Both the position numbers and the translations under genes were made by a program. The notes under the pieces were generated by a model. That model did not search any database. It was not told the DNA's origin and saw only the letters and a list, made by a program, of their open reading frames with translations. From the NCBI GenBank assembly GCA_950097015.1, contig CATNEN010000008.1, positions 4,154,001 through 4,218,000 of the forward strand: DNA of 64,000 bases, read 5' to 3'. This stretch comes from Macrostomum hystrix (Eukaryota; Animalia; Platyhelminthes). Positions 1-12,000 of this stretch are shown here, one piece after another; the stretch's first letter is position 1, and every line of letters begins with the position of its first letter.

Positions 1-380
1 CCCCAGATTACAAAGACACCCCAGATTACAAAGACACCCCAGATACCAAAAGACATCCAAGATACAAAAGACACCCTAGATACCGAAAGACACCCCAGAT
101 ACCAAAGACACCCCAGATATCAAAAGACACCCCATATACTAAAAGACACACCAGATACCAAAAGACACCCCAGATAACAAAGACACCCCAGATATCAAAA
201 GACACCCCATATACTAAAAGACACACCAGATACCAAAAGACACACCAGATACCAAAAGACACCACAGATACCAAATGATACCACAGATACTAGAAGACAA
301 CCCAGATATCAAAAGACACCCCAGATACTAAAAGACACCCCAGATAACAAAGACACCCCAGATACCAAAGACAACAGACA
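1..380. repeat. Minisatellite, ~20-bp unit AGACACCCCAGATACCAAA
   Basis: Degenerate tandem copies up to the window edge. Confidence 0.85.
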
Positions 381-479
381 CCTCAGAAAGACACGAGAAA
401 TGACAGGCAAGTCAGACAGTGACAAAAACCGAGACACCTCCCAGTCCCAGAGCCAGTCACCTGCAGCATCTAGGTTTAC

Positions 480-3400
480 CTGCAGGTTTGATGGCCAGGT
501 TCGCCAGTTCCAGTGGCAGCAGATGGGCTTCAGTTGTGAACACGTACGCGTCCAAATCAACCGGGATGTCTGCCTCGTTGGCAAACAGCAGGTAGAGGTA
601 TCTGTAAGAAAGAATAGTGAGTTTCAGCTTTGAGCAATATTCAAGATGAGAATCTACCTGAGGACCTAGGAGCTTTGGGATGAATCTACCTGAGAATCTA
701 GGAGCTTTGGGAAGAATCTACCTGAGGACCTAGGATCTTTGGGAAGAATCTACCTGAGGACCTAGAAGCTTTGGGAAGAATCTACCTGAGGACCTAGGAG
801 CTTTGGGAAGAATCTACCTGAGGACCTAGAAGCTTTGGGAAGAATCTACCTGAGGACCTAGGAGCTTTGGGAAGAATCTACCTGAGGATCTAGGAGCTTT
901 GGGAAGAATCTACCTGAGGACCTAGGATCTTTGGGATGAATCTACCTGAGAATCTAGGAGCTTTGGGAAGAATCTACCTGAGGACCTAGGATCTTTGGGA
1001 AGAATCTACCTGAGGATCTAGGAGCTTTGGGAAGAATCTACCTGAGGACCTAGGATCTTTGGGATGAATCTACCTGAGAATCTAGGAGCTTTGGGAAGAA
1101 TCTACCTGAGGACCTAGGATCTTTGGGAAGAATCTACCTGAGGACCTAGGATCTTTGGGAAGAATCTACCTGAGGACCTAGGATCTTTGGGAAGAATCTA
1201 CCTGAGGACCTAGGAGCTTTGGGAAGAATCTACCTGAGGACCTAGGATCTTTGGGAAGAATCTACCTGAGGACCTAGGATCTTTGGGAAGAATCTACCTG
1301 AGGATCTAGGAGCTTTGGGATGAATCTACCGGAGGATCTAGGAGCTTTGGGAAGAATCTACCTGAGGATCTAGGAGCTTTGGGAAGAATCTACCTGAGGA
1401 TCTAGGAGCTTTGGGAAGAATCTACCTGAGGACCTAGGAGCTTTGGGAAGAATCTACCTGAGGATCTAGGAGCTTTGGGAAGAATCTACCTGAGGATCTA
1501 GGAGCTTTGGGAAGAATCTACTTGAGGACCTAGGATCTTTGGGATGAATCTACCTGAGGACCTAGGATCTTTGGGAAGAATCTACCTGAGGATCTAGGAT
1601 CTTTGGAAAGAATCTACCTGAGGACCTAGGATCTTTGGGAAGAATCTACCTGAGGATCTAGGAGCTTTGGGAAGAATCTACCTGAGGACCTAGGAGCTTT
1701 GGGAAGAATCTACCTGAGGACCTAGGAGCTTTGGGAAGAATCTACCTGAGGATCTAGGAGCTTTGGGAAGAATCTACCTGAGGATCTAGGAGCTTTGGGA
1801 AGAATCTACTTGAGGACCTAGGATCTTTGGGATGAATCTACCTGAGGACCTAGGATCTTTGGGATGAATCTACCTGAGGACCTAGGATCTTTGGGAAGAA
1901 TCTACCTGAGGACCTAGGATCTTTGGGAAGAATCTACCTGAGGATCTAGGAGCTTTTGGATGAATCTAATGTAGCACGTATAGAAGCTAGAAATTTGTGA
2001 TGTGGGATCTTGGGATTATTAAGCTTGAGAAGAGTGCTTTTGCCAACTCACTTGAAAGTCTCGGCCAGCACGAAGCTGTCCAGCTGGTCGGATTTCTCCA
2101 TAGTCCGGACATCTGATATAGCAGCGTAGCCGCAGTCGGTGCGCGAGTACTTCTCCAAATTGTCGATGACCCGCTTGCCGACGTCCAGGTAGTGCGGATC
2201 CCGAGTCGCCTTGTACAGGAAGTAGGTGGACTCGATGAACTCCGGCCGCAACGGATGGTGGGCCCAGTGGACGTGAAAGTCCGGCGTGAACGCCTCCGGA
2301 ATGAAATTGTAGCGCTGAACCACCTGGCGGGCGTGGGGGACTCACGTGATCTTAGATCCCGTTTGTGAGCAGTTTCGACTCTAGCTAGTCCCTTATCTAG
2401 CTAGTCCCTTATCTAGCTAGTCCTTTATCTAGCTAGTCCCTTATCTAGCTAGTCCCTTATCTAGCTAGTCCAGAATCTAGCTAGTCCCTTATCTAGCTAG
2501 TCCAGAATCTAGCTAGTCCCTTATCTAGCTAGTCCCTTATCTAGCTAGTCCCTTATCTAGCTAGTCCCTTATCTAGCTAGTCCCTTATCTAGCTAGTCCC
2601 TTATCTAGCTAGTCCCTTATCTAGCTAGTCCCTTATCTAGCTAGTCCCTTATCTAGCTAGTCCCTTATCTAGCTAGTCCCTTATCTAGCTAGTCCCTTAT
2701 CTAGCTAGTCCCTTATCTATCAAGTCCCTTATCTAGCTAGTCCCTTATCTAGCTAGTCCAGAATCTAGCTAGTCCCTTATCTAGCTAGTCCCTTATCTAG
2801 CTAGTCCCTTATCTAGCTAGTCCCTTATCTAGCTAGTCCAGAATCTAGCTAGTCCCTTATCTAGCTAGTCCAGAATCTAGCTAGTCCCTTATCTAGCTAG
2901 TCCAGAATCTAGCTAGTCCCTTATCTAGCCAGTCCCCTTATCTAGCCAGTCCCTTATCTATCTAGTCCCTTATCTAGCTAGTCCCAGAACTAGTCCCGAA
3001 TTTAGCTAGTCCCAGAACTAGTCCCGAAATAGTCCGGAAAGAAATGAATAACGTTCTAAACCCATCCAAGCCCACCTGATACAGGATCTCGTGCAGTTCC
3101 ACAGCCGGTTTCAAATCACCGGCCATAACCTGCAGACCGGGCCAGAATGCAGCCAGTGCGTCCATGAAGTTGCGAGTTCGAGTCAGCGGCTGGTGCATAA
3201 GTACATCGGATAGCAGGGGCGTGCGACACAGCTGCAGGTAGTTCTGCACCGCTTCGTAGTGCTTGGAGAATCGATGCAGATAGACCTGGTAAACAATTTT
3301 TGCACGCTTTTTGCTTTTTTTTTGTCGAGTTTTTTCCTCCTGCTGTTTTCTTGTCTATTTTTCGTCAAAACGTTTCTCTGATTGGCTAGGGGATTCACAC

Positions 3401-4930
3401 ACACTGATCTCTGATTGGCTGGTTCCTTCCTCACTGATCCCTGATTGGCTGGTTCCTTCCTCACTAATCCCCGATTGGCTGGTTCCTTCCTCACTGATCC
3501 CTGATTGGCTGGTTCCTTCCTCACTGATCCCTGATTGGCTGGTTCCATCCTCACTGATCCCTGATTGGCTGGTTCCTTCCTCACTAATCCCCGATTGGCT
3601 GGTTCCTTCCTCACTGATCCCTGATTGGCTGGTTCCTTCCTCACTGATCCCTGATTGGCTGGTTCCTTCCTCACTGATCTCTGATTGGCTCGTTCCATCC
3701 TCCCACCTCTCAGACTCACCTCTTCGCCCAGCAGTACGTAGGCCTTGAACAGGTACTCGTAATAAGAGTCAATACCGGCGCCGATGCCGCTCTCCTTGCG
3801 CACCCAGTCGCCATTGTGAATATTGATGACGGTGCCAACCAGGTTGGAGTGCAAATTCCGCTGACTCCAGAGGGCGTCCAGGGCACGCCTGGCACGAAGT
3901 TCGAATTCGGGATTGCCGGAGAAGCGGGACAAAGCGGCGAATTCGAGCAGCATGCTGCCCGCGCAGGCGGTGCAGGTGTCTTGGTGCTGGTTTCTGGTGA
4001 ACCTGCGCTCCGTGTCCGGGGTACATTTCAAGGTCAAATGTCGGCACTCGACATTGAAACTTTGGATAGAGATACAAGGAAATCCCAGGGGAAATCTAGT
4101 ATGGGATCGGAATTCAGGGAAATCCATGGGGATAATTAAAATTTAATTGAAACTTAGGAAAATTCATGAGTCATTTAAAATGAGATCGGAATTCAGGAAA
4201 ACCCAGGGTTTTCTGAAATAGGATTATGATTCTGAGAAATTCCAGGAATCATTGAAAGGGATATCGAATTCGATGTATTTATCAAAACACATAGTTTTAA
4301 AGTCGATAGGTTATTAGACTCTCAGCGCTCCATAGCAACTCACTTATCTGGCACCCCGTGCCTCAAGTTGACCCTGGGATAGGGGATACCGGTGGTTGTA
4401 TTGAAAGCCGGCAGCAGGCGATTGCCCAGATCCACGGCCATGTCCAATAGCTGGCCATTGTACCAGGCCATTCTGTTGTACCGGTGCCGCAGCACCAGAG
4501 AGCCCACGTGACCGCCGAGAAGGCCGCCAATCACTCGAATATTGGCTTCGAACACTGACACAATGACGTCGGTGTCAAATTTGACATTGTCAACCACCAG
4601 GCGAACAGCGTACTCAAACTGTTCCGGCTCATTCAACAGTAGGAGCGTATCCAAGCTGTCAATCAGTGTCAAAGAATAATTGCCCAATGAATCGTCGATA
4701 TCGCCGCGAGACGGCTCTGAGCCGCGGAAGCGACCCCGGCAGCTGATGGGCATGAGCTCATCTGCTGGGTAGGCATTGGCCATGTAGTTACTGTAGGCAT
4801 GCTGGAACATGGCCTTGGCCTTGTCTCGCAGACGCAATCGTTCAGCATCCGGCATGGTGCGGCAGAATCGACAGGATAAGAGCAGTAGGAGAAGGATGAC
4901 GGACGCCTGGAGGCGCGATGGGAGAAGCAT
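480..4930 (-). CDS. EDEM3: ER degradation-enhancing alpha-mannosidase-like protein 3 (GH47); 5 exons seen, 3' part probably continues beyond the window start
   Basis: Exons 4930-4344, 4002-3720, 3285-3076, 2323-2052, 601-~480 join in frame across GT-AG introns. Signal peptide, then [75 protein letters not shown], all matching EDEM3 as I recall it. End of exon 5 is uncertain and the PA-domain exons are not seen. Confidence 0.88.
650..1965. repeat. Minisatellite, 32-bp unit AATCTACCTGAGGACCTAGGAGCTTTGGGAAG, ~41 copies (EDEM3 intron 4)
   Basis: Direct periodicity of 32. Confidence 0.95.
2378..3010. repeat. Minisatellite, 16-bp unit CTAGCTAGTCCCTTAT (EDEM3 intron 3)
   Basis: Direct periodicity of 16. 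Confidence 0.95.
3400..3700. repeat. Minisatellite, 30-bp unit CTGATTGGCTGGTTCCTTCCTCACTGATCC, ~10 copies (EDEM3 intron 2)
   Basis: Direct periodicity of 30. Confidence 0.95.
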
Positions 4931-5104
4931 AGTGGGCTTTCACGCTAATGGGATTTAACCTGATGAGATTTCTAGTGCTTTACTTCCGTCTCTGCTGCTG
5001 TTGCCTTTAAAGATAATTCTGCAATTTTCTTCACTTGGTCGTGACGACATGAAATGCTGCGGATAAAACGATAGGAAAATAATATTAATAGGTGTGATCA
5101 GTAA

Positions 5105-5400
5105 GGACATTGGGAAGATTATCTACCTGAGGATCAGCAAGGAAATTGGGAAGATTATCTACCTGAGGATCAGTAGGGAGATTAGGTAGATTGTCTACCT
5201 GAGGATCAGTAGGGACATAAGGTAGATTGTCTACCTGAGGATCAGAAAGGACATTGGGTAGATTGTCTACCAGAGGATCAGAAAGGACATTGGGTAGATT
5301 GTCTACCTGAGGATCAGAAAGGACATAAGGTAGATTGTCTACCTGAGGATCAGAAAGGACATTGGGTAGATTGTCTACCAGAGGATGAGTTGAGATAAAG
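5105..5400. repeat. Minisatellite, ~36-bp unit with TCTACCTGAGGATCAG core
   Basis: About 8 degenerate copies upstream of the EDEM3 start codon. Confidence 0.85.
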
Positions 5401-7269
5401 GGAATTTCGTCTATTAGAGGATTTGTGGGGATATTAGGAACGCCTGACTGTCTACCTGACCCTTGGCGACCTAGCGAAGATTAAATAAATATTCGAAGCG
5501 TACTTGAGTGTTCGAAAAAGGCAGAAAAATCACTATGTTCTGGTGCAAAGACACAGAAAAAAAATTGCTTAATCAGAAGTCTGTCAGGCAATAGAAACAC
5601 AAATAGAGATAAGAAGAACAAACGCGCCATTAAGGGGATCAAAAAGATTGGTGACATAGGCTGAATATCCTAATTTAATCGGACACATTCTGTGCCTCTT
5701 GCAAATAAAAAAAATAAAACTTGTGCTTGGGTACAAAGAATAGATCTACGTCAAATGTACAATAAGTCATCGAAGCAATTCTTACAAGTCACACTAACAC
5801 CATAAAAGAAGGATAACAGAGGTTTAAACAATTGATTGTGAGATTCTAATACGCCTCCATGTGTACAAAAAAATTACCTGTCTTTCTCCCTTTTAGAATG
5901 AAAAGCAATAAATTAAAATATCCCCATGTAGCACAAAGAAATAGCTCAGCATTCTAATAGACTCTGGTTTCCGAGTTTGCTCGGCGCAGAGAGTTGTTTT
6001 TCTACTGGTGAGAACTAGCCAATCATGGGGTGGAGCGGAGTTGGTGAGGACGAGTGTACACGGAGATGGAGTGAGGTTGGTGAAGAACAATGTACATTAA
6101 GAAGGAGTGAGGTTGGTGAAGAAGATTGTACATTGGGATGTAGTGTGGTTGATTGGTGAATCTACATTGGGGTTTCTTATTGGCACAGGAGCATGTACAC
6201 AAATACGGCTTGTTAATTAATAGTCATAACCTTTGTGCCACTTCACGTAAACATAGATAAAACAAGTGTCAGCAAAATATACGATTGTATTTAAAACGCA
6301 GCTAAAAATATTGATTGATTGGTTTGTTGATTGATTGATTGATTGATTACTGATCACTATTACGCAATCAATCTTTCAGAAAAAATCCAGAGGGTAAGCT
6401 GGATTCAAACTGACAGGAAAGAGCCCAAAAAAGGAAAAGCAAAAGGAAATCTCACTCTACAACTGATATATAGATAGTGCTAAGCACCTAGCTTGGGAAT
6501 GCTATAATGGGTAAAATGGGTAACAAGTTATGGACTTGAAACACGAATAAAATTAATTATTAACTGAACTGAAATGTGTCAAAAACATATCAGCGAGGTA
6601 GTGTAAAAAATTCTCTTTTCTTAGAGACAAAAAATAGAAAAATTAGACACCATTAGCTGAAGTTACTCCACCAGAGTTACATTTTCTGCCTAAGAACCAC
6701 TAAAATATAAATATAATTATGAAGATGATGAAAAATATGTTCACATCAAAGAATACGCCAAGCAAAATACAACAGGCCTGTGACAGTATGATTACAGTTA
6801 CACAGAGATAACATAGAGATTGCTGAACTTAAATCAATTGAAACACGGCTACATATAAAGAGCCTGATAAGGAGGAATAAAATCTGAGACAAAAACATGA
6901 CGAATACACACGATATCACACACAAAACATATTGAGCTGCAATTCTTACCCTGTCAGCTTATATGCCGCTATTAACAGTTATATTACAACAATAAGGATT
7001 ATAAATATTATAATTGTAAACTTCAAAATAGAATAAAAATTGATAAACAGCAGTTCAATTACGCTCGAAGAAGAAAAACAACAAAAAACAGCAACCTGAA
7101 TCTAGCAGAAATGTGATTTACCAACAACAGCTGGACACTAAATAAAAATCAAATCAATTGGAAACCATGTACATAGTGCACATTCGAATATGGATGGGGT
7201 GGTTAGAAATGTACGTAGCACGTGCAACATTGCATCGCACATAATATGTACATTGAGGTGGAGGTGGGG

Positions 7270-8045
7270 TCAGGTGGGTGAGGAATAGTGTACACTGAGA
7301 TGGAGTGGGGTTGGTGAGGAATAGTGTACACTGAGATGGAGTGGGGTTGGTAAGGAAAGAGTGTACACTGAGATGGAGTGGGGTTGGTGAGGAAAGAGTG
7401 TACACTGAGATGGAGTGGGGTTGTGTGAGGAAAGAGTGTACACTGAGATGGAGTGGGGTTGTGTGAGGAAAGAGTGTACACTGGGATGGAGTGGGGTTGG
7501 TGAGGAAGAGTGTACACTGAGATGGAGTGGGGTTGGTGAGGAAAGAGTGTACACTGAGATGGAGTGGGGTTGTGTGAGGAAAGAGTGTACACTGAGATGG
7601 AGTGGGTTGTGTGAGGAAAGAGTGTACGAGTGTACACCACGCACCACACTCTAGGAGTGGGATGGAGTGGGGTTGGTGAGGAAGAGTGTACACTGAGATG
7701 GAGTGGGGTTGGTGAGGAAAGAGTGTACACTGAGATGGAGTCGGGTTGGTGAGGAATAGTGTACACTGAGATGGAGTGGGGTTGGTGAGGAAGAGTGTAC
7801 ACTGAGATGGAGTGGGGTTGGTGAGGAATAGTGCACACTGAGATGGAGTGGGGTTGGTGAGGAAGAGTGTACACTGAGATGGAGTGGGGTTGGTGAGGAA
7901 GAGTGTACACTGAGATGGAGTGGGGTTGGTGAGGAATAGTGTACACTGAGATGGAGTCGGGTTGGTGAGGAAGAGTGTACACTGAGATGGAGTCGGGTAG
8001 GTGAGGAAGAGTGTACTCTGAGATGGAGTGGGGTTGGTGAGGAAG
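7270..8045. repeat. Minisatellite, 36-37-bp unit GTGTACACTGAGATGGAGTGGGGTTGGTGAGGAAGA
   Basis: About 21 copies; degenerate relatives at ~6030-6180 and ~56340-56550. Confidence 0.95.
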
Positions 8046-9003
8046 AGAGCACATTGAGCGCGATCGATCATGAAAACGACGTGATGCAATATCAATTCTG
8101 TGGAAATCACCAACAAAAAATATGATAAAAATCACATTCGAATAAAACCAGCTGAATCTGACGGATTAAGAAAGGTTCACTATGATATGAATAAAATCAA
8201 CAGAAATTGTGAGCCAACGAAAAATGCAGAGGCAATATAACAAAAAATGTACATTGTCAGAAATTATGAAACTGATTGCCTGGACAAAAAATGAAATCTA
8301 ATAATAGACAAACTTGTTAAAAATACGAAATCACAATGCAAGATTTCAAACAATTGGATTTAAGAAGCACAGCCACGATTAATTAATAGCCCTAACCAGA
8401 TATTTATTCGCAGTAAAAATAATTGTACATAAAGTAAAATTCGTTCCACCTAACGTAACATTGATAATAAACACCTGTGCAATTATCTAATTAGCTATTA
8501 GTTATCAGCTATTGGAAAGATAATTTAGATAATTGTCCTTTACGGCTTTAGCCCCATAAAACAGGCCGCATAAAACATTCATGTTTTATCTGTCACTAAT
8601 AGAAAAAAACTTAATTACTAGTTTATATTATAGAAGTTTAAAAGTTAGGCTCACTTTTCTTAGTGAGAAAATATATTCTTATTTATAAACAGGTGAACTT
8701 AACGCATTCCATTTGAGGACAGTGTTTATCCAGGACAGCCCTAGTTATAGAAGCCCGTAACTAATTCAAAGATACTGGTTTCTAGGAAACGCGAGTGTCT
8801 CAGCGTTTAATCGAAAGCAGAATCATAGCAATGCTTCAAAACCGTAGATTTACCTATATCTATTGAGCGAAAATGAATATTATTGCCAAAGAAGCAGATT
8901 GTAAGGGCGCTGTTTTTATAGAAAGACATGCACTGAAAACCTCAGTACCTACGACACCCGAACAGTATATCAGCTAGCATTATCCAGCAGACGACAAGGC
9001 CTC

Positions 9004-12000
9004 TTAAACCGCCGTAGTAACCATGGAGCCGCGGCGAGTCATCCCATTGCCAGCCGGAGCCGGCGATGCCGCAGTCGAAAAAGACGACGATGAAGACGAG
9101 GAGGAGCCGCCGCTGATCTGGGTGACGGGGCGCAGATACTGTCTATGGGCGTAGCCACGCTGGCCCCGCCCGTTCTCCACCAGCCAGTAGTTCTCGCTGT
9201 CCGTGTTGATGGCCAGCAGGAACTCGCCTCTGCGCAGCGAAAGCATCGCCGTGTCCTGGCTGACAAAGTCAACAACAGCTTCCAGGCCGTCAAGAGAGGG
9301 CGACTCTTCCTCTACGCTCATTCGCTGCTGCAGTAGCTGCTGCTGCTGTTGCTGCTGCTTCAACTGCTGCCTCTTGACCGCCTCCGCTTTCAGACTGGTG
9401 AAGTGCGACCAGAGGACCCGCTCGATTTCGGCAACCCAGAGCGCCTTCACCGCCCCATTCGCGGCCTGCAGCGTCAGCGGCGATGCCTGCTGCTTCAGGG
9501 TCACCTGGAATCTGCGCTTCTCAGAGGAGGACAGTCGGGCTGCGGGCTGCTGGTTGAGGCCCATTTCTGACACTCGAATGACTCGAACTGGGGTATATTT
9601 AATAAGCTGCTGCTGCTGCTGCTGCTGTTGCTGGCCGGAGAGTCGTTTGCAGATCAGCATGCCGCAGCTGAATAAGTAGACTCGGCGGGTCTTGTTGCTG
9701 GGTAGCAGCTTGCCATCTTCGATGATCTGAGGTGAGCGCCGAGGCGGAGTCACGGTAAATCGGAACTAGAGCAACGAGAGCTGGTGCAGGAGAATTTGAG
9801 ACAGGAAGGCCAGATAGAGAAGTGAAGCAGATGGGAAGTTGAGAAGGGTGAGGACTGAGGAGGAAAGGGGAGGAGGGAGGAGGAGAGAGAATGAGTAGGT
9901 ACGAGAAGAAAATGGAAGAGGATGGGGAGGCAAGAGGGAGAAGGGGAAGAAAATAGGGTAAAAGAGAAGAAAACGGGGGGAGAAGGGAGAGAAAAAGAGG
10001 AGAAGGGGAAGAAGCGGGGTAGAAGGGAAAGAAATGTGGGAAAGGCAAAAAAGAGGGAAAATGGGAGAACAGGTAATACAAAAGAATGGGGCAGCATTCA
10101 GTTGAGTCGCCAGTCTTTACCTGGAAATCGCCATGCAGCAGCAATCGGCCAAGATCATTGAGCACAGCCCGTTTGAGTCCCTCTACCTCGGTGAGGGCCA
10201 TGGAGTCGTTGAGCACAGACAGGGCAGCTAGCAGGCTCTGCACAGCCAGGCCGAGGGCTCCACGCTGCTCGGGGCAGGCCCGCTGCATCTCGGCCAGCAG
10301 CAGCTGGTACTTCTGCACTCGCTGCACCGGCTTGAGCAGGTAGGCGCCAAGGGGCAGCGGAGCCGAGCCGCCGGACGCATCGTCGCTCAGGTGCAGAAGG
10401 GTTTCGCAGCGCTCTGCGGTGATTGGGTGGGGATATGGGATGAAGGATGATGAAGGATGACTAGGGGATGAATGATTGTGAAATCGAGAGCGATAATTCT
10501 TGGGAATCGATTGGGGTGATTCTAGGGAACCGATTGGGATAATTCTAGGGAATCGATTGGGATGATTCTAGGGAATCGATTGGGGCGATTCTAGGGAATC
10601 GATTGGGATGATTCTAGGGAATCGATTGGGATGATTCTAGGGAATCGATTGGGATGATTCTAGGGAATCGATTGGGGTGATTCTAGGGAATCGATTGGGA
10701 TAATTCTAGGGAATCGATTGGGATGATTCTAGGGAATCGATTGGGAAAATTCTTGGGAATCGATTGGGATAATTCTTGGGAATCGATTGGGATGATTCTA
10801 GGGAATCGATTGGGATAATTCTTGGGAATCGATTGGGATGACCCTTTTAAAAAAGATAATTCTACGAAAGAAGTGGGGAGAATTGCCAGCCGTCCTGTGG
10901 AAGAAGGCAAACGGTTCTCACGCAGGAACGGGTGATTTCGTCCCAGGCGTGCCAGCAGTGAGTCAGCGGCCGGCTTGTTCAAGCAGTACTGCTGATAGAC
11001 CTGGAGCCCGTCGCAGTGCTTCTGGAAGCACTGGGCCACGTCGGCCTCAGACTCGGCAGCGAGCAGGTCCGGCAGCAGCTGGTCACGGTGAAATGCCAGC
11101 AGGTCCGGCCAGTTGGCCAGCAGCTCGCAGGCGTCACCGGCCAGCTCAGCCGGCGGCGACTCGTCCGATGACACCGCGTCCCAGACTCGCTGAAGGTCTT
11201 CAACGTAGCGACGCTCGGTCTCGATGAGCTCCTGTTCCAAAAGGGGATAAGGAAATTGGGATAATTCAAATTAAATTCTAGGGGGGATTTGGGATTTTTC
11301 TTTTCAGAGAACTTCAGATGACTTTGATGTGGAGTTTTTGGGGAGATTTTAAATGGGAAATTAGGGGAATAAGTGGGAGTGATTACTGTTGCCGATTTCC
11401 AGGTAGTTTAAACTAATACGAGATTACATTGGGACATTCTTGATGAGATAAAAAATAACTACAGGAGGACTGCGGGCGCTAGTCCTCAGTAGACCCGCAG
11501 CCAGCGAGGAGGCAACTCTGCCCATTTCCCTGACTCCCGAGCACACGCTCACACAGGTGTGTACATCTCTCCTGACTTTCTCATCGTCAGGCATTGTACA
11601 CTCTTACCGTGCCTTGGAGGTTGGCCATCAATAGGTGTAAATTGCACGATAAGCCCCCAAGCCTTCTCTCCGCGGCTGCGCTCTAAATAAATGTGGCCTC
11701 AGCGCGGAATCGAACTCGGGGATTTTTTTCATATTCGATTTTTAGTCAGTTGTGTAAAATATTATTATTAGAATAATTTTATTTTTAGATACTGGGATAG
11801 TTACAAATGGGATTTTAATTCTGAAATGATTGGGACATAACGGGATGATTAAAGTCAGCGATGTTGGGATAATAAAGACTAATAAGAGACTACGGAGATA
11901 ATCTTCATGAGATTCTTATACTGTTAAGAGGAATATTTTTTATGAAAAAAAGTTATTCGGTGATATTGGGATGATTCTTATGAAGTTACTCGTACAGATA

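Noticed and set aside
3311-3748. ORFs through the 30-bp array, including the extension of the EDEM3 exon-2 frame
   Set aside because: A canonical donor at 3719 and acceptor at 3286 restore the continuous EDEM3 sequence; the array is intronic.
7154-8135. 300-aa ORFs (TNPTPSQCTLFL repeats)
   Set aside because: Minisatellite translation with frame-shifting unit-length variation.
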